Assembly: GCA_021325435.1 (NCBI GenBank)
Contig: JAJPHE010000055.1
Span: 49,906-113,905, forward strand
Length of the DNA stretch: 64,000 nucleotides
Source: Actinomycetota bacterium
GTDB taxonomy: Bacteria > Actinomycetota > Acidimicrobiia > Acidimicrobiales > JAJPHE01
Direction: 5' to 3'
Of this stretch, positions 54,346 through 62,766 are shown one piece after another. Within the stretch, counting starts at the first letter, position 1, and every line of letters begins with the position of its first letter. The notes below the pieces were generated by a model. The model did no database searches. It was not told the DNA's origin and saw only the letters and a list, made by a program, of their open reading frames with translations. The translations under genes and the position numbers were made by a program.

Positions 54346-55947
54346 GTGCGCCGGGGTCTCGTCGTCGCCGTCACCCTGACGGCCCTCGCCGTGGCGGTTG
54401 GCGTGTATTCCAGGGTGTCGGGTGGATCCCCGCCGCCTCCCCGCCGCCACTCGCCCCCGACGACGGTGCCGCCCACCAGCCTCGGTCCTCACGGAACCAC
54501 CGCGACATGGGTGGTGGCCGAGAATCAGCGCCCGGGCACCTCCGGCTGGGAGATCTCCGGACAGCAGCGGCCGGACTCCATAGAGGGCTACGCCTCGGTG
54601 ACGAGCGCCCAGCGCGGAGAGTCGGTCGGCCTCTACGTGTCGACGGCGGCACCGACCTTCCACGTCGAGGCTTATCGCATCGGGTGGTACCAGGGGCACG
54701 GCGGCCGTCTCGTCTGGTCCTCGCCCGACGCGCCGGGCGGGGCGCAGCCCAACCCGGCCCCGCAGCCGGGTACGAACATGGTCGAGTGCCATTGGAAGGC
54801 GTCGATGACCCTGACCGTCGGCGCCGACTGGCCCCCGGGGGACTACATCCTCAAGCTGGTCGGCTCCGGTGGCCAGCAGAGCTGGGTGCCTCTGACCGTG
54901 CGTGACGACACCAGCCGCGCCACCTATCTCGTCCTCAACGCGGTGACGACGTGGCAGGCCTACAACCTGTGGGGTGGCTACAGCCTCTACCAGGGGCTGT
55001 CCGGACGGGGTCACAGCGACTTCGCCCACCGGTCGCGGGTCGTGTCCTTCGACCGTCCCTACTCGTTCGGCAGCGGCGCCGCCGACTTCTACGGCAACGA
55101 GTACCCGCTGGTCCGGTTGGTCGAGCGCCTCGGGCTGGATGTCAGCTACGCCACCGACGTCGACCTCGACGAGGAGCCTGGCATGCTCCAGGCCCACCGG
55201 GCCGTCATCTCGCTGGGTCACGACGAGTACTGGTCCACCGCCATGCGCGACGGGGCCACCGAGGCGCGCGATCAGGGGGTCAACCTGATGTTCCTCGGCG
55301 CCAACGCCGTGTACCGCCACATCCGCTTCGCCTCCTCACCGTTGGGCCAGGACCGCCACGAGATCTGTTACAAGGTCGCCTCGGAGGACCCCCTGCACGG
55401 GGTGAACGACTCCGAGGTGACGTCGAACTGGCCCGACCCGCCCGTCCCCCGGCCGGAGAGCGATCTGGTCGGCGACATGTACCGGTGCAACCCGGTAAAG
55501 GCGGACCTGGTCGTGGTCGATCCGTCCTCGTTCGTGGTGGCCGGCACCGGTCTCACCGCGGGAGCCAAGCTGGCGGGTGTGGTGGGTTCGGAGTACGACC
55601 GCTACGTGCCCTCCCTCCCCGGACCCCGCAACGTGGAGATCGTTGCCCACTCGCCCCTCACCTGCCGGGGCGCCCCCGACCACTCCGACGTCACCTACTA
55701 CACGGCCCCCAGCGGGGCGGGTGTCTTCGCCTCCGGCACCAACCTCTGGGTCGCCAGCCTGGGAGGCGCGTGCGCCACCGAGTGCGAGGTGCCGGCCGTC
55801 ACCGCCATGACCGAGAACGTCCTGGCCGCCTTCGCACCAGGCCCGGCCGGGCGGAGATACCCGAGTCGGACCAACTGGACGGACTTCTATCCGGTCCCAT
55901 CGGGCTCCACCACGTCGACCACCGCTCCCCCGAGCGGCCCGGATTGA
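54346..55947 (+). CDS. membrane-anchored protein of the N,N-dimethylformamidase large-subunit-like family
   Basis: N-terminal TM, then LVLNAVTTWQAYNLWGGYSLY and HDEYWS...NLMFLGANA, which I recall as typical of this family. This call is from memory only. Confidence 0.5.
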   Translation: MRRGLVVAVTLTALAVAVGVYSRVSGGSPPPPRRHSPPTTVPPTSLGPHGTTATWVVAENQRPGTSGWEISGQQRPDSIEGYASVTSAQRGESVGLYVSTAAPTFHVEAYRIGWYQGHGGRLVWSSPDAPGGAQPNPAPQPGTNMVECHWKASMTLTVGADWPPGDYILKLVGSGGQQSWVPLTVRDDTSRATYLVLNAVTTWQAYNLWGGYSLYQGLSGRGHSDFAHRSRVVSFDRPYSFGSGAADFYGNEYPLVRLVERLGLDVSYATDVDLDEEPGMLQAHRAVISLGHDEYWSTAMRDGATEARDQGVNLMFLGANAVYRHIRFASSPLGQDRHEICYKVASEDPLHGVNDSEVTSNWPDPPVPRPESDLVGDMYRCNPVKADLVVVDPSSFVVAGTGLTAGAKLAGVVGSEYDRYVPSLPGPRNVEIVAHSPLTCRGAPDHSDVTYYTAPSGAGVFASGTNLWVASLGGACATECEVPAVTAMTENVLAAFAPGPAGRRYPSRTNWTDFYPVPSGSTTSTTAPPSGPD

Positions 55948-56016
55948 GGCCGGTCGCCTTGCGTCCCGGGGGCTGGCGGCCGACAATCTCCTCTCCCCCC
56001 GTAGGAAGGACCTGAC

Positions 56017-57156
56017 ATGTCGCCGCGGGTCCTCGACCCCAAGACCAGCCCGGCCCGCCGCTACCTGCAGCACCTCGACGTGGTGCTGCTGGCCTCGACG
56101 CTGATCGTCTCGATCATCGGCGTGGTGATGGTCTATTCCGCCACCCGCACCAAGCTGTCGGCCCTGGGCCTCGATCCCCACCAGTACCTCAAGCACCAGG
56201 CGTTGTTCGTGGTCCTCGGTATCTGCGCCATGGTGGTGTTCGCCGCCATCGACTACCACCGGTTCGAGGAGCTCGGCATTATCGCCTACGGAGGCGTGGT
56301 CTTCCTCCTGCTGGCGGTGATGTCCCCGGTCGGCTCGCGGGCTCTCGGCTCTCAGCGCTGGTTCCAGCTGGGACCGTTCCAGCTGCAGCCGTCCGCTTTC
56401 GCCATCCTTGCCCTCATCCTCGCCGGGGCCACGGTCATCCGCCGCGGCAATGGAGACGTCGAGCCCCGCCGGGTGCTCACCATCCTGGTCCTCGGTGCCG
56501 TGCCTGCCGGCCTCGTCGCCATCCAGCCGGACCTGGGCACGGCCATCACCATCGGGTGCGTCCTCGGCACCATGCTCGTCATCGCCGGGGTGCGGGGGCG
56601 TTACCTCCTGGCGATCGCCGCCCTCGTCGTGGCAGCCACCGTCGGCGGCATCCACATGGGGTTGTTGAAGCACTACCAGGTCCAGCGCCTCACCGCCTTC
56701 GTCAACCAGGGGGCCGACACCGGCCAGGCCGGTTACAACCTGCGTGAGTCCAAGATCGCCATCGGGGCCGGGGGCATGTTCGGCAAGGGCCTGTTCCACG
56801 GTCCGCAGACCAACCTCCAGTACGTCCCCGAGCAGCAGACCGACTTCATCTTCACGGCCGTCGGGGAGCAGCTCGGCTTCGTCGGCGCCGGCAGCGTGCT
56901 GGCCCTCTTCGCCATCATCGTGTGGCGGGTGTGGAGGACCGCCCAGCTCGCCTACGACCTGTTGGGGGCCATGCTGTGTGCCGGGGTCCTGGGCTACATC
57001 GCCTTCTCGGTGTTCCAGAACGCCGGCATGACCATGGGCATCATGCCGATCACCGGCATCCCCCTGCCGCTCGTGAGCTACGGGGGCTCGTCGACCATCG
57101 CTACCTTCGCCGCGGTGGGGCTGGTCCTGAACGTGGGGATGCGGAGGTTCCGGTGA
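56017..57156 (+). CDS. SEDS-family peptidoglycan polymerase (RodA/FtsW)
   Basis: VMVYSATR, QPSAFAIL, PEQQTDFIFTAVGEQLGF, GIPLPLVSYGGSS. AGGAAGGA SD lies 6 nt upstream of ATG 56017. Confidence 0.85.
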   Translation: MSPRVLDPKTSPARRYLQHLDVVLLASTLIVSIIGVVMVYSATRTKLSALGLDPHQYLKHQALFVVLGICAMVVFAAIDYHRFEELGIIAYGGVVFLLLAVMSPVGSRALGSQRWFQLGPFQLQPSAFAILALILAGATVIRRGNGDVEPRRVLTILVLGAVPAGLVAIQPDLGTAITIGCVLGTMLVIAGVRGRYLLAIAALVVAATVGGIHMGLLKHYQVQRLTAFVNQGADTGQAGYNLRESKIAIGAGGMFGKGLFHGPQTNLQYVPEQQTDFIFTAVGEQLGFVGAGSVLALFAIIVWRVWRTAQLAYDLLGAMLCAGVLGYIAFSVFQNAGMTMGIMPITGIPLPLVSYGGSSTIATFAAVGLVLNVGMRRFR

Positions 57157-57172
57157 CCACGGGCGGCGGCGG

Positions 57173-57835
57173 TTGAGACAGGTCGGCGTGGCCGGCGTGT
57201 TCGTCGAGCTGCCGAGCCCCTACCCCGTACTCGTCCTGCGCGAGGTCGAGGGGCAGCGGCGCGAGCTGCGCATCCCCATCGGCTTCGCCGAGGGCATGGC
57301 CATCGCGTCGGCCTTGCGCAAGGTGACGCCTCCCCGACCGCCCACCCACCAGCTCATGGCCGACGTGATGGGCGAGTTCGCCATCCGGGTCGACCAGGCG
57401 GTCATCTCCGGGCTCCGGCAGGGGACCTTCTACGCCCACCTGGACCTGCGGGTGGGCGAGGACCTGCGGGTCGTGTCGTGCCGTCCGTCCGATGCCGTCG
57501 CCCTGATGCTGCGCATGCCCAACGCCGGACCGCTGCTGGTCGTCGACGACCTGATGGACAGCGAGGGGGTGGCGCCGGAGTCAGACGGGGACGGGGGTGT
57601 TCTCCTCGTCGGAGATGCGGACGAGCAAGCCGAGCAGGACGTAGTTGGCGAGCAGCGAGGATCCGCCGTAGGCGACGAAGGGCAGGGTGACGCCGGTGAC
57701 GGGGAGCAGCCTCACCACCCCGGCCATGATGAAGAACGCCTGGAAGCCGAGGATGGTCGCGATGCCGGCGGCGAGCAGCTTGGAGAAGTCGGACCGCGAG
57801 CGCAAGGCGATCCGCAGGCCGGTCCCCACCAGTAG
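57173..57835 (+). CDS. bifunctional nuclease (BFN/DUF151) domain protein with an extended tail
   Basis: GVFVELPSPYPVLVLREV...RPPTHQLMADVM...GTFYAHLDL...CRPSDAVALMLR. The ORF has no stop until 57835, and its last 255 nt are antisense to the convergent SEDS gene. Confidence 0.6.
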   Translation: MRQVGVAGVFVELPSPYPVLVLREVEGQRRELRIPIGFAEGMAIASALRKVTPPRPPTHQLMADVMGEFAIRVDQAVISGLRQGTFYAHLDLRVGEDLRVVSCRPSDAVALMLRMPNAGPLLVVDDLMDSEGVAPESDGDGGVLLVGDADEQAEQDVVGEQRGSAVGDEGQGDAGDGEQPHHPGHDEERLEAEDGRDAGGEQLGEVGPRAQGDPQAGPHQ

Positions 57836-58876
57836 CACGAAGGCGAAGATCACCAGCGTCGTGCCGAGCAGCCCGAGCTCCTCGCCGATGGCCGCGAAGA
57901 TGTAGTCGCTGGCCACCACCGGTATCAGCTGGGGGCGGCCCAAGCCCAGGCCGGTGCCGGCCAACCCTCCGCTGCCCATCGCGTAGAGGGCCTGCACCGC
58001 CTGGTAGCCGATGGTGTCGGCGTGGGGCCACGGGTTCAGCCACACGGTGATGCGGTCGTGGACGTGGCTGAACAGCCGGCTGGCGGCGAGGGCGCCGATC
58101 ACGAAGAGGACCAGTCCCACCCCGAGGTAGGCGGCCCGCCCGGTGGAGATCCACAGACAGGCGACGAACAGGACGAAGATGAGCAAGGAGAAGCCGACGT
58201 CGCGCTCGGCCGTCATCACCAGCATCGACAGGCCCCACATCAACAGAACCGGGCCGAAGGGGCGGGGATCGGGGACGAGGAGGTTGCCGATTCGTGATGT
58301 CGGCGTGGCCAACAGGTCTCGCTTTTCGACCAGGTAGGAGGCGAAGAAGACGGCCAGGCATATCTTGGCCAGCTCTACCGGCTGGAAGGTGAGCCCGCCG
58401 AGGCGGACCCAGAGACGGGCGCCGTTGATGTTCTGACCGACGTGGGGGGCCAGCGGCAGCAGGAGGAGCACTATTCCGGCCAGGGCGATGAGGTACCGGT
58501 AGCGCTCGAGCAGCTGGGTCCGCCGGATTGCGAACAGGGTCACGACGTACGCCATGACGCCGAACGCCGTCCAGGCCGCCTGCAGCCCGGCGAGGTGGGA
58601 GTCGAGGCGGGCGATGAACACGTAGCCGAGCCCGTTCAGGAAGGCGGCGAGGGGCAGGAGGACCGGGCTGGCGTGCGGGGCCAGCCGCCTGGTGGCGATG
58701 TGGGCGGCGAGGAGCAGGATAAGCAGGGCGACGAGGAACGGGCCGACGTTGGCCGGTATCGAGGCCGTACGGCCCAGGGACGCCAGGATGTAGGCGAACA
58801 CGGTGAACCCGGCGGCGAGGGCGAGAAGCCCCAGCTCGGTCGACCGGCGCGGCAGCGCCTGGCGGGCCGTCAGCAT
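57581..58876 (-). CDS. SEDS-family peptidoglycan polymerase (actinobacterial RodA-like)
   Basis: RRSTELGLLALA...LLPLAAFLNGLGYVFIARLD N-terminus, QPVELAKI, SDYIFAAIGEELGL, GVTLPFVAYGGSS. Confidence 0.85.
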   Translation of the reverse strand: MLTARQALPRRSTELGLLALAAGFTVFAYILASLGRTASIPANVGPFLVALLILLLAAHIATRRLAPHASPVLLPLAAFLNGLGYVFIARLDSHLAGLQAAWTAFGVMAYVVTLFAIRRTQLLERYRYLIALAGIVLLLLPLAPHVGQNINGARLWVRLGGLTFQPVELAKICLAVFFASYLVEKRDLLATPTSRIGNLLVPDPRPFGPVLLMWGLSMLVMTAERDVGFSLLIFVLFVACLWISTGRAAYLGVGLVLFVIGALAASRLFSHVHDRITVWLNPWPHADTIGYQAVQALYAMGSGGLAGTGLGLGRPQLIPVVASDYIFAAIGEELGLLGTTLVIFAFVLLVGTGLRIALRSRSDFSKLLAAGIATILGFQAFFIMAGVVRLLPVTGVTLPFVAYGGSSLLANYVLLGLLVRISDEENTPVPV

Positions 58877-58882
58877 CGGCGG

Positions 58883-58888
58883 AGACTA
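58883..58888 (-). promoter_or_regulatory. -10 hexamer TAGTCT, 6 nt upstream of ATG 58876 (leaderless candidate)
   Basis: TANNNT match. No SD. Confidence 0.4.
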
Positions 58889-58898
58889 CCCGGGGCGG

Positions 58899-58904
58899 TA
58901 CCAT
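58899..58904 (+). promoter_or_regulatory. -10 hexamer TACCAT, 7 nt upstream of GTG 58912 (leaderless candidate)
   Basis: TANNNT match. No SD. Confidence 0.4.
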
Positions 58905-58911
58905 CCGATTC

Positions 58912-59454
58912 GTGGGCCACGCCCTGGTGATCATCGCCGTGTTCCTGGGCGCGGTGGTGGTTTCGGCCACCGTCGCCCTGGCCGTCACCGTTCACCGGCT
59001 GCGCCGTCCCATGATGCTCAGCCCGGCGGTCCGGGTGCCGCTGCGGTGGCGGTGGTCGCTGGCCCGCCAGGCCGTGCTCCACCGCCGCTTGCTGGTGGCC
59101 ATCGGGGGTGTGCGCCTGGAGCTGCCCCGGGCCGGCGGCGCCGGTCCATGGAGCGACCTGATCGCCGAGGTCGAGGCCCTGGCCCTCGAAGTCGACCGCG
59201 AGCTGGTCGCGGTCGAATCCCACCCCCGGCCCATCCGCCAGAAGGCGATGGCCGGGTTGGAGGCCAGGGTGCGCGAGGTGGAGCAGGTGGCCGGGCGGCT
59301 GGGTCAGACCCTCGGGTCCCTCGAGGCCGGGCGTCCCGGCCGGTCGGCGGCCGAGCTGATGGAGCGACTCGACGCCATTCAGGGGGCGCTGGCGGAGCTC
59401 GACGCCGTGCCCGGGGCGTCGAGGTCGTCCGGAGGCCCCTCGGCGAGGCGCTGA
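58912..59454 (+). CDS. hypothetical N-terminally anchored protein
   Basis: TM helix LVIIAVFLGAVVVSATVALAV followed by a helical, Arg/Glu/Ala-rich domain. No recognisable family. Confidence 0.4.
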   Translation: MGHALVIIAVFLGAVVVSATVALAVTVHRLRRPMMLSPAVRVPLRWRWSLARQAVLHRRLLVAIGGVRLELPRAGGAGPWSDLIAEVEALALEVDRELVAVESHPRPIRQKAMAGLEARVREVEQVAGRLGQTLGSLEAGRPGRSAAELMERLDAIQGALAELDAVPGASRSSGGPSARR

Positions 59455-60461
59455 AGCTCCTCGGGCCGCAGCAGGCCTCCGGGGCCGACCCGCAGGGAGA
59501 GGTAGGCGGCCGCCCCGGCCGGTATCGGCAGCCAGAAGTTCACCAGCCTCCAGCCCAGGACGCCGAGGATGGCCACACCCCGAGGCGACCCGAACCCGAC
59601 CAGGGTGGGAGCGAGTACCCCCTCCACCACCCCGAGACCCGACGGGGTGATCGGAATGGCCGCCAGCACGTTGGCCAGGCCGTAGGCGACGACGAGGCCG
59701 TAGATCGACGGGCGGTGCCCGAAGGCGGCGACGAACACCCACAGAGAGGCGGCGTCGAGCAACCAGTTGGCCGCCGCCCAGGCGCCGGCCCGAACCATGA
59801 GAGAGCGGTCCGAGGTCAGCTCGCGCAGCCGGCCGCCGATCTGGCGGAAGACGCGCTCGGCGGCGTCCTCCTTCACCAGCGGGGTGTGTCGGGCCACCGC
59901 CCGCAACACCCGGACGGCGCGCTCCTCGCCGCGGGTGATGAGCACGATGAGGGCGGCCACGAAGCCGATGAGCAGCACCCCGAGGACGGCCGCGGTCACG
60001 TAGAGCGGGCTGAAGCCCCTCAAGGGGATCGACACCAGCAGACCCACCCAAAGGAAGAGGTTGAGCACGACCGCTGAGCCGACCCCTTGGGTGGCGAGGG
60101 CCACCCCGACGTCGGACTTGGGCACGCCCGACTCGGACAGGAGCCGGTAGCCGAGGCTGGCGCCCGCCGCCGTCCCGCCGGGCACGACGTGGCTCACCGA
60201 CATGGTCGCCAGGTTGATCCTGGTCACGTTCCCGAATCCGATCCGGTGGGGGGCCAGCACCGCCTGGGTCAGCTTGGAATAGGCGAGGAGGGACGCCACT
60301 TCGAGGCCGACCCCGGCCAGCGCCAGCCACAGGTTGGCCGTGCTCACCAGGTGGAGGGCCTTGCGCGCCCCGGCCAGCTGGGGGAGGACGAGATACTCGA
60401 CCACGGCGGCGAGCAACAGGAGGGTCACGAGCCGCCGCAGGGTCTTCGGGATTCTCGCCAT
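59379..60461 (-). CDS. lysylphosphatidylglycerol-synthase-TM-region / flippase-like membrane protein (UPF0104)
   Basis: 8-TM pattern with LANVLAAIPITPSGLGVVEG, characteristic of the MprF flippase-like domain. No synthase domain is present. Confidence 0.6.
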   Translation of the reverse strand: MARIPKTLRRLVTLLLLAAVVEYLVLPQLAGARKALHLVSTANLWLALAGVGLEVASLLAYSKLTQAVLAPHRIGFGNVTRINLATMSVSHVVPGGTAAGASLGYRLLSESGVPKSDVGVALATQGVGSAVVLNLFLWVGLLVSIPLRGFSPLYVTAAVLGVLLIGFVAALIVLITRGEERAVRVLRAVARHTPLVKEDAAERVFRQIGGRLRELTSDRSLMVRAGAWAAANWLLDAASLWVFVAAFGHRPSIYGLVVAYGLANVLAAIPITPSGLGVVEGVLAPTLVGFGSPRGVAILGVLGWRLVNFWLPIPAGAAAYLSLRVGPGGLLRPEELQRLAEGPPDDLDAPGTASSSASAP

Positions 60462-60470
60462 GGGATGCCC

Positions 60471-61250
60471 TCAGACAGCGTGGCAGGAGTACCGGTGCCC
60501 GTGCCGGATCACGCGCAGGCTGATACCGAAACAGTCCGACAGGGAGGCGTCGCTGAGGGCCCCCTCGAGGGGGCCGGTGGCCACCACCTGTCCGGAGCGG
60601 AGGAGCAGCAAATGGGTGAATCCGGCCGGGATCTCCTCCAGGTGGTGGGTCACCAGCACCATCGGCGGTGACATGGGGTCGACGGCCAGATCGGTGAGCC
60701 GGCCCAGGAGCCGCTCACGGGCCCCCAGGTCGAGGCCGGCGTTGGGCTCGTCGAGCAGGAGCAGCTCGGGCCGGCCCATCAGCGCCCGGGCCAGCTGCAC
60801 CTGCTGACGCTCGCCCTCCGACAGGGTGACGAAGGGATGGTGCTGGAGATGGGCCAGGCCGGCCGCCTCGAGCAGGGCCAGGGCCCGCGACCGCTCGGCG
60901 GACCCGTAGTCGTTCCACCAGGTCTCGAGGGCGGCGTGGACCCCGGTCAGGACCACGTCGATGGCGGCCACCGACGGTCGCAACCGCTTGGCCAGGTCGG
61001 CGCTGGTGATGCCCAGGCGTTTGCGCAGCTCCCTGACGTCCACCCGCCCGAGTCGTTCACCCAGAATGTCCACCGTGCCGGTGGTCGGGTGGTCGTAACC
61101 GCTGGCCAGTCGGAGCATGGTGGTCTTGCCCGAGCCGTTCGGCCCCAGGACCACCCAGCGCTGGTCCGGCTCGACCCGCCAGCTGACGTCGTCGAGGATG
61201 CGCAGTCCGTCTCGTTCGAACCCGACGGCGATCAGCTCCAGGGCGGGCAC
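60471..61250 (-). CDS. stand-alone ABC ATPase
   Basis: GPNGSGKTT, LSEGERQQVQLARAL, LLLDEPNAGLD. Start set at GTG 61250 (VPALELIAVGF) with TACCGT 8 nt upstream. Longer alternatives are 61304 and 61328. Confidence 0.75.
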   Translation of the reverse strand: MPALELIAVGFERDGLRILDDVSWRVEPDQRWVVLGPNGSGKTTMLRLASGYDHPTTGTVDILGERLGRVDVRELRKRLGITSADLAKRLRPSVAAIDVVLTGVHAALETWWNDYGSAERSRALALLEAAGLAHLQHHPFVTLSEGERQQVQLARALMGRPELLLLDEPNAGLDLGARERLLGRLTDLAVDPMSPPMVLVTHHLEEIPAGFTHLLLLRSGQVVATGPLEGALSDASLSDCFGISLRVIRHGHRYSCHAV

Positions 61251-61258
61251 GGCGGAGG

Positions 61259-61264
61259 ACGGTA
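61259..61264 (-). promoter_or_regulatory. -10 hexamer TACCGT, 8 nt upstream of GTG 61250
   Basis: TANNNT match. No SD. Confidence 0.35.
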
Positions 61265-61288
61265 GCTGGCGGTGCTCGGCCCGCCCCT

Positions 61289-61294
61289 TACACT
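61289..61294 (+). promoter_or_regulatory. -10 hexamer TACACT, 8 nt upstream of ATG 61303
   Basis: TANNNT match. No SD. Confidence 0.35.
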
Positions 61295-61302
61295 GCTCGG
61301 CC

Positions 61303-62052
61303 ATGCGACCCCTGGTGGTGCTGCCCACCTACAACGAGGCCGCCAACATCGTCGAGGTACTCACCCGGGTCAGGCAGGCCGCCCCCGAGGCGGACGTGCT
61401 CGTCGTCGACGACGCCAGTCCCGACGGAACCGCCGACCTGGCGGAGGAGGCGGCCGGTCGTCTGGGCCAGATCCACCTGCTGCGCCGCCCCGGCAAGTCG
61501 GGGCTCGGTAATGCCTACCGCTCGGGCTTCCGGTGGGGGCTCGAGCGGGGCTACGACGCCTTCGTCGAGATGGACTCCGACCTCTCCCACGACCCGGCCG
61601 CCCTCCCGTCGCTGCTCGGCGGCCTGGAGGCAGCCGACCTGGTCATCGGGTCGCGCTACGTGCCGGGTGGGTCGATCCCCCAGTGGGGCCTGCACCGGCG
61701 CCTGCTGTCGGAGGCGGGGAACCGCTACGCGTCGCTCATGCTCGGCATGAAGGTGCGTGACCTCACTTCCGGATACCGGGCCTACGACGGCGACACCCTG
61801 CGGTTGATCGACCTCGACCGGGTGCGGGCCGACGGCTACGGATTCCAGATCGAGATGGCCTACCGGGCCGCCCGGGGCGGAGCGTCGATCGCCGAGGTCC
61901 CCATCCGGTTCGTCGACCGGGTCGAGGGCCAGTCCAAGATGTCGATGCGCACGATCGTGGAGGCGCTGGCCCTGGTGACGGTGTGGGGCGTGCGCCGGGT
62001 CCTCGGCCGGCGCAGCCGGGCCGGGGCGCCGACCCATTCCACCGCCGCCTGA
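61303..62052 (+). CDS. ppm1: polyprenol-phosphate mannose synthase (GT2, Ppm1/DPM1-like)
   Basis: VVLPTYNEAANI, VVDDASPDGT, EMDSDLSHDP, and DLTSGYRAY...GYGFQIEM. Confidence 0.85.
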   Translation: MRPLVVLPTYNEAANIVEVLTRVRQAAPEADVLVVDDASPDGTADLAEEAAGRLGQIHLLRRPGKSGLGNAYRSGFRWGLERGYDAFVEMDSDLSHDPAALPSLLGGLEAADLVIGSRYVPGGSIPQWGLHRRLLSEAGNRYASLMLGMKVRDLTSGYRAYDGDTLRLIDLDRVRADGYGFQIEMAYRAARGGASIAEVPIRFVDRVEGQSKMSMRTIVEALALVTVWGVRRVLGRRSRAGAPTHSTAA

Positions 62053-62055
62053 TCT

Positions 62056-62766
62056 CTAGAGGCCGTGCTCGGCCAGGGGGCCGATTCGCCAGCCTCTCGC
62101 CCGCACCAGCTCGGTCAGGGGCTGGAGGGCTCCGACCGCCGCTCTCCACGCCCCGGGGTCCGAGGTGCAGTCCGAGTCGTGCAGCAGCACGGTCGCCCCG
62201 TCGCACAGGTCCCGTGACACGTCGGCGACCACCGAGGACGGGGTGGCGGCTGCCCTCCAGTCGCGACCCCACGTGGTCCACAGCACGAGCCGCAACCCGG
62301 CCCGCCTGGCGGCGACGGGGCCGGCGGAGGAGACGATGCCGTAGGGCGGCCGGAACCAGCGGGGGGTCGACCCGGTGGCGTGGGCGACAGCGTCGCGGGC
62401 CCGGAGAAGGTCGGTGACCACGGCACCGGGCGACCGCCACAGCTCGGACACGTGAACGTCCCCGTGGACGGCCACCTCGTGCCCGGCCGCCGCCACCTCG
62501 GCGGCCAGCCCCGGGGACAGGCGGACCATGGACCCGAGCATGAAGAAGGTGGCTTTGACGCCCAGCCGGTCGAGCTCGTCGACGACGCGGGGGGTCGACA
62601 CCGGGTCGGGACCGTCGTCGAACGTCAGGGCGACATGACCGGGCGCGCCCACCGCATGCCATGCCGGGGCGACCCGTCGGCGCACGGGTGGCAGGGCGGT
62701 GACCGAAGGGGCGGCGTGGGCGACGAACCCGGCGGTGGCCAGGGCCGCGGCGGTGCGGACCCTCAC
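62056..62766 (-). CDS. polysaccharide deacetylase (CE4/NodB homology)
   Basis: ALTFDDGP, HEVAVHGDVH and RPPYG are NodB motifs 1-3. Confidence 0.8.
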   Translation of the reverse strand: MRVRTAAALATAGFVAHAAPSVTALPPVRRRVAPAWHAVGAPGHVALTFDDGPDPVSTPRVVDELDRLGVKATFFMLGSMVRLSPGLAAEVAAAGHEVAVHGDVHVSELWRSPGAVVTDLLRARDAVAHATGSTPRWFRPPYGIVSSAGPVAARRAGLRLVLWTTWGRDWRAAATPSSVVADVSRDLCDGATVLLHDSDCTSDPGAWRAAVGALQPLTELVRARGWRIGPLAEHGL

